In this document: positions 49,690-51,241 of the stretch, piece by piece
How the letters are laid out: every line of letters begins with the position of its first letter
Position numbering within the stretch: the stretch's first letter is position 1
Assembly (NCBI RefSeq): GCF_004010195.1
Contig: NC_057720.1
Location: 25,162,736 to 25,213,976 of the forward strand
Length of the DNA stretch: 51,241 nucleotides
From: Chiloscyllium plagiosum
Lineage: Eukaryota
Reading direction: 5' to 3'
The notes under the pieces: model-generated
What the model saw: only the letters and a program-made list of their open reading frames with translations
Databases searched by the model: none
What the model was told of the DNA's origin: nothing
Translations under genes and position numbers: made by a program

Positions 49690-50406
49690 GGAGTCATGTT
49701 TCGGGCATAAGCCCTTCTTCAGGAATGAGGAATGTGTGCCAAGCAGGCTAAGATAAAAGGTAGGGAGGAGGGACTTGGGGGAGGGGCATTGGGAATGCGA
49801 AAGGTGGAAGGAGGTTAAGGTGAGGGTGATGGGGCAGAGAGGTCGGGAAGAAGATTGCAGGTCAAGAAGGCGATGCTGAGTCCGAGGGTTGGGATGAAGA
49901 TAAGGTGGGGGGAGGGGAAATTAGGAAGCTGGAGAAATCTGCATTCATCCCTTGTGGTTGGAAGGTTCCTAGGCGGAAGATGAGGCGCTGTTCCTCCAGG
50001 CGTCGTGTTGTCAAGGTCTGGTGATGGAGGAGGCCAAGGATATGCATGTCCTTGGTGGAGTGGGAGGGGGAGTTAAAGTGTTCAGCCACGGGGCGGTTGG
50101 GTTGGTTGGTGTCCCAGAGGTGTTCTCTGAAATGTTCCGCAAGTAGGCGGCCTGTCTCCCCGATGTTGCGGAGGCCACATCGGGTGCAGCGGATGGAGTA
50201 GATGATGTGTGTGGAGGTGCAGGTGAATTTGTGATGGATATAGAAGGATCCCTTGGGGCCTTGGAGGGAAGTGAGGGGGGAGGTGTGGGCGCAAGTTTTG
50301 CATTTCTTGCGGTTGCAGCGGAAGGTGCTGGGAGTGGAGGTTGCGTTGCTGGGGGGTGTGGACCTGGTGAGGGAGTCGCAGAGGGAGTGGTCTTTCTGGA
50401 ACGCTG
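49690..50406 (-). mobile_element. 5'-truncated Neptune-type Penelope-like element (Cys linker, GIY-YIG endonuclease, pLTR with hammerhead)
   Basis: Uninterrupted frame 50406 to 49862: ...FRCNRKKCKTCAH...FTCTSTHIIYSIRCTRCGLRNIGETGRLLAEHFREH...PVAEHFNSPSH...LEEQRLIFRLGTFQPQGMN. Confidence 0.93.
49692..49726 (-). ncRNA. Minimal hammerhead motif in the Neptune pLTR; cleavage triplet decayed or truncated
   Basis: Minus strand attc-CTGAAGA(49722-49716)-a-GGGC ttat GCCC-GAAAC-atgact. Confidence 0.65.
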
Positions 50407-50407
50407 A

Positions 50408-51241
50408 TGGTCAATAGGTGCAGGAGTAGGCCATTCTGCCCTTCGAGCCTGCACCACCATTCAATATGATCATGGCTGATCATCCTGAATCAGTATTCTC
50501 TTCCTGCCTTATCTCCATAAGCCTTGATTCCACAATCCTTGAGAGCTCTATCCAACTCTTTCTTAAATGAATGCAGAGACTGGGCCTCCACTGTCCTCTA
50601 GGGCAGAGCATTCCACACAGCCACCAATCTCTGGGTGAAGAAGTTTCTCTTCATCTCTGTCCTAAATGGTCTACCCCATATTTTTAAGCTGTGTCCTCCG
50701 GTTCGGCACTCACCCATCAGCGGAAACATGTTTCCTGCCTCCAGAGTGTCCAATCCTTTAATAATCTTATATGTCTCAATCACATCCCCTCTCAGTCTTC
50801 TAAACTCAAGGGTACACAAGCCCAGTCGCTCCAACCTTTCAGTGTAAAGTAATTCTGCCATTCCAAGAATTGACCTCATGAACCTATGCTGCACTCCCTC
50901 AATAACCAGAATGTCTTTCCTCAAATTTGGAGACCAGAACTGCACACAGTACTCCAGGTGTGGTCTCACCAGGGCCCTGTACAGCTGCAGAATAACCTCT
51001 TTGCTTCTATACTCAATCCCTCTTGTTATGAAGGCCAGCATACTATTAGCCTTCTTCACTACCTGCTGTACCTGCATGCTTACCTTCATTGACTGGTGCA
51101 CAAGAACACCCAGATCTCTCTGTACTGCCCCTTACCTAAATTGATTCTATTTAGGTAGTAATCTGCCTTCCTGTTCTTGCCTCCAACGTGGATAACCATA
51201 CATTTATCCACATTAAACTGCATCTGCCATGCATCTGACCA
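50408..51241 (-). mobile_element. CR1-class LINE 3' part, runs off the window end
   Basis: ORF 50598-51101 LYRALVRPHLEYCVQFWSP...RNFFTQR..VWNALP; 3'UTR ggcagaatggcctactcctgcacc. Confidence 0.93.

Noticed and set aside
50011..50483. Pro-rich 149-aa and 133-aa ORFs
   Set aside because: Alternative frames of the C-rich PLE strand fused to CR1 3'UTR.

Overview
Vertebrate genomic DNA, almost certainly a shark or other elasmobranch (inferred from HE1/V-SINEs, HER1/CR1 LINEs and a Deu-domain SINE). The whole window lies inside one + strand gene, SZT2 (KICSTOR scaffold). I hand-spliced 13 internal coding exons (974-45471, 1782 nt, all GT-AG, phases consistent, no stops) and found a candidate extra 48-nt cassette exon at 48287-48334. 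The introns hold CR1-class LINEs (one near full length, with an 896-N gap), a Rex1-like fragment, tRNA-derived SINEs, MITE remnants and Penelope-like elements (PLEs). The strongest non-coding signal is a family of 150-230 bp fold-back elements with 14-15 bp target-site duplications. Each carries a minimal type-I hammerhead ribozyme motif (CUGAUGA-A-GGGCuuuuGCCC-GAAACGUC), intact in two copies and mutated in one. A GIY-YIG Neptune-type PLE fragment carries nearly the same ribozyme, and a Poseidon-type PLE carries a different one. Most ORFs in the supplied track are repeat-derived or spurious. All family names come from recall, not database searches; repeat boundaries are approximate unless a TSD fixes them.
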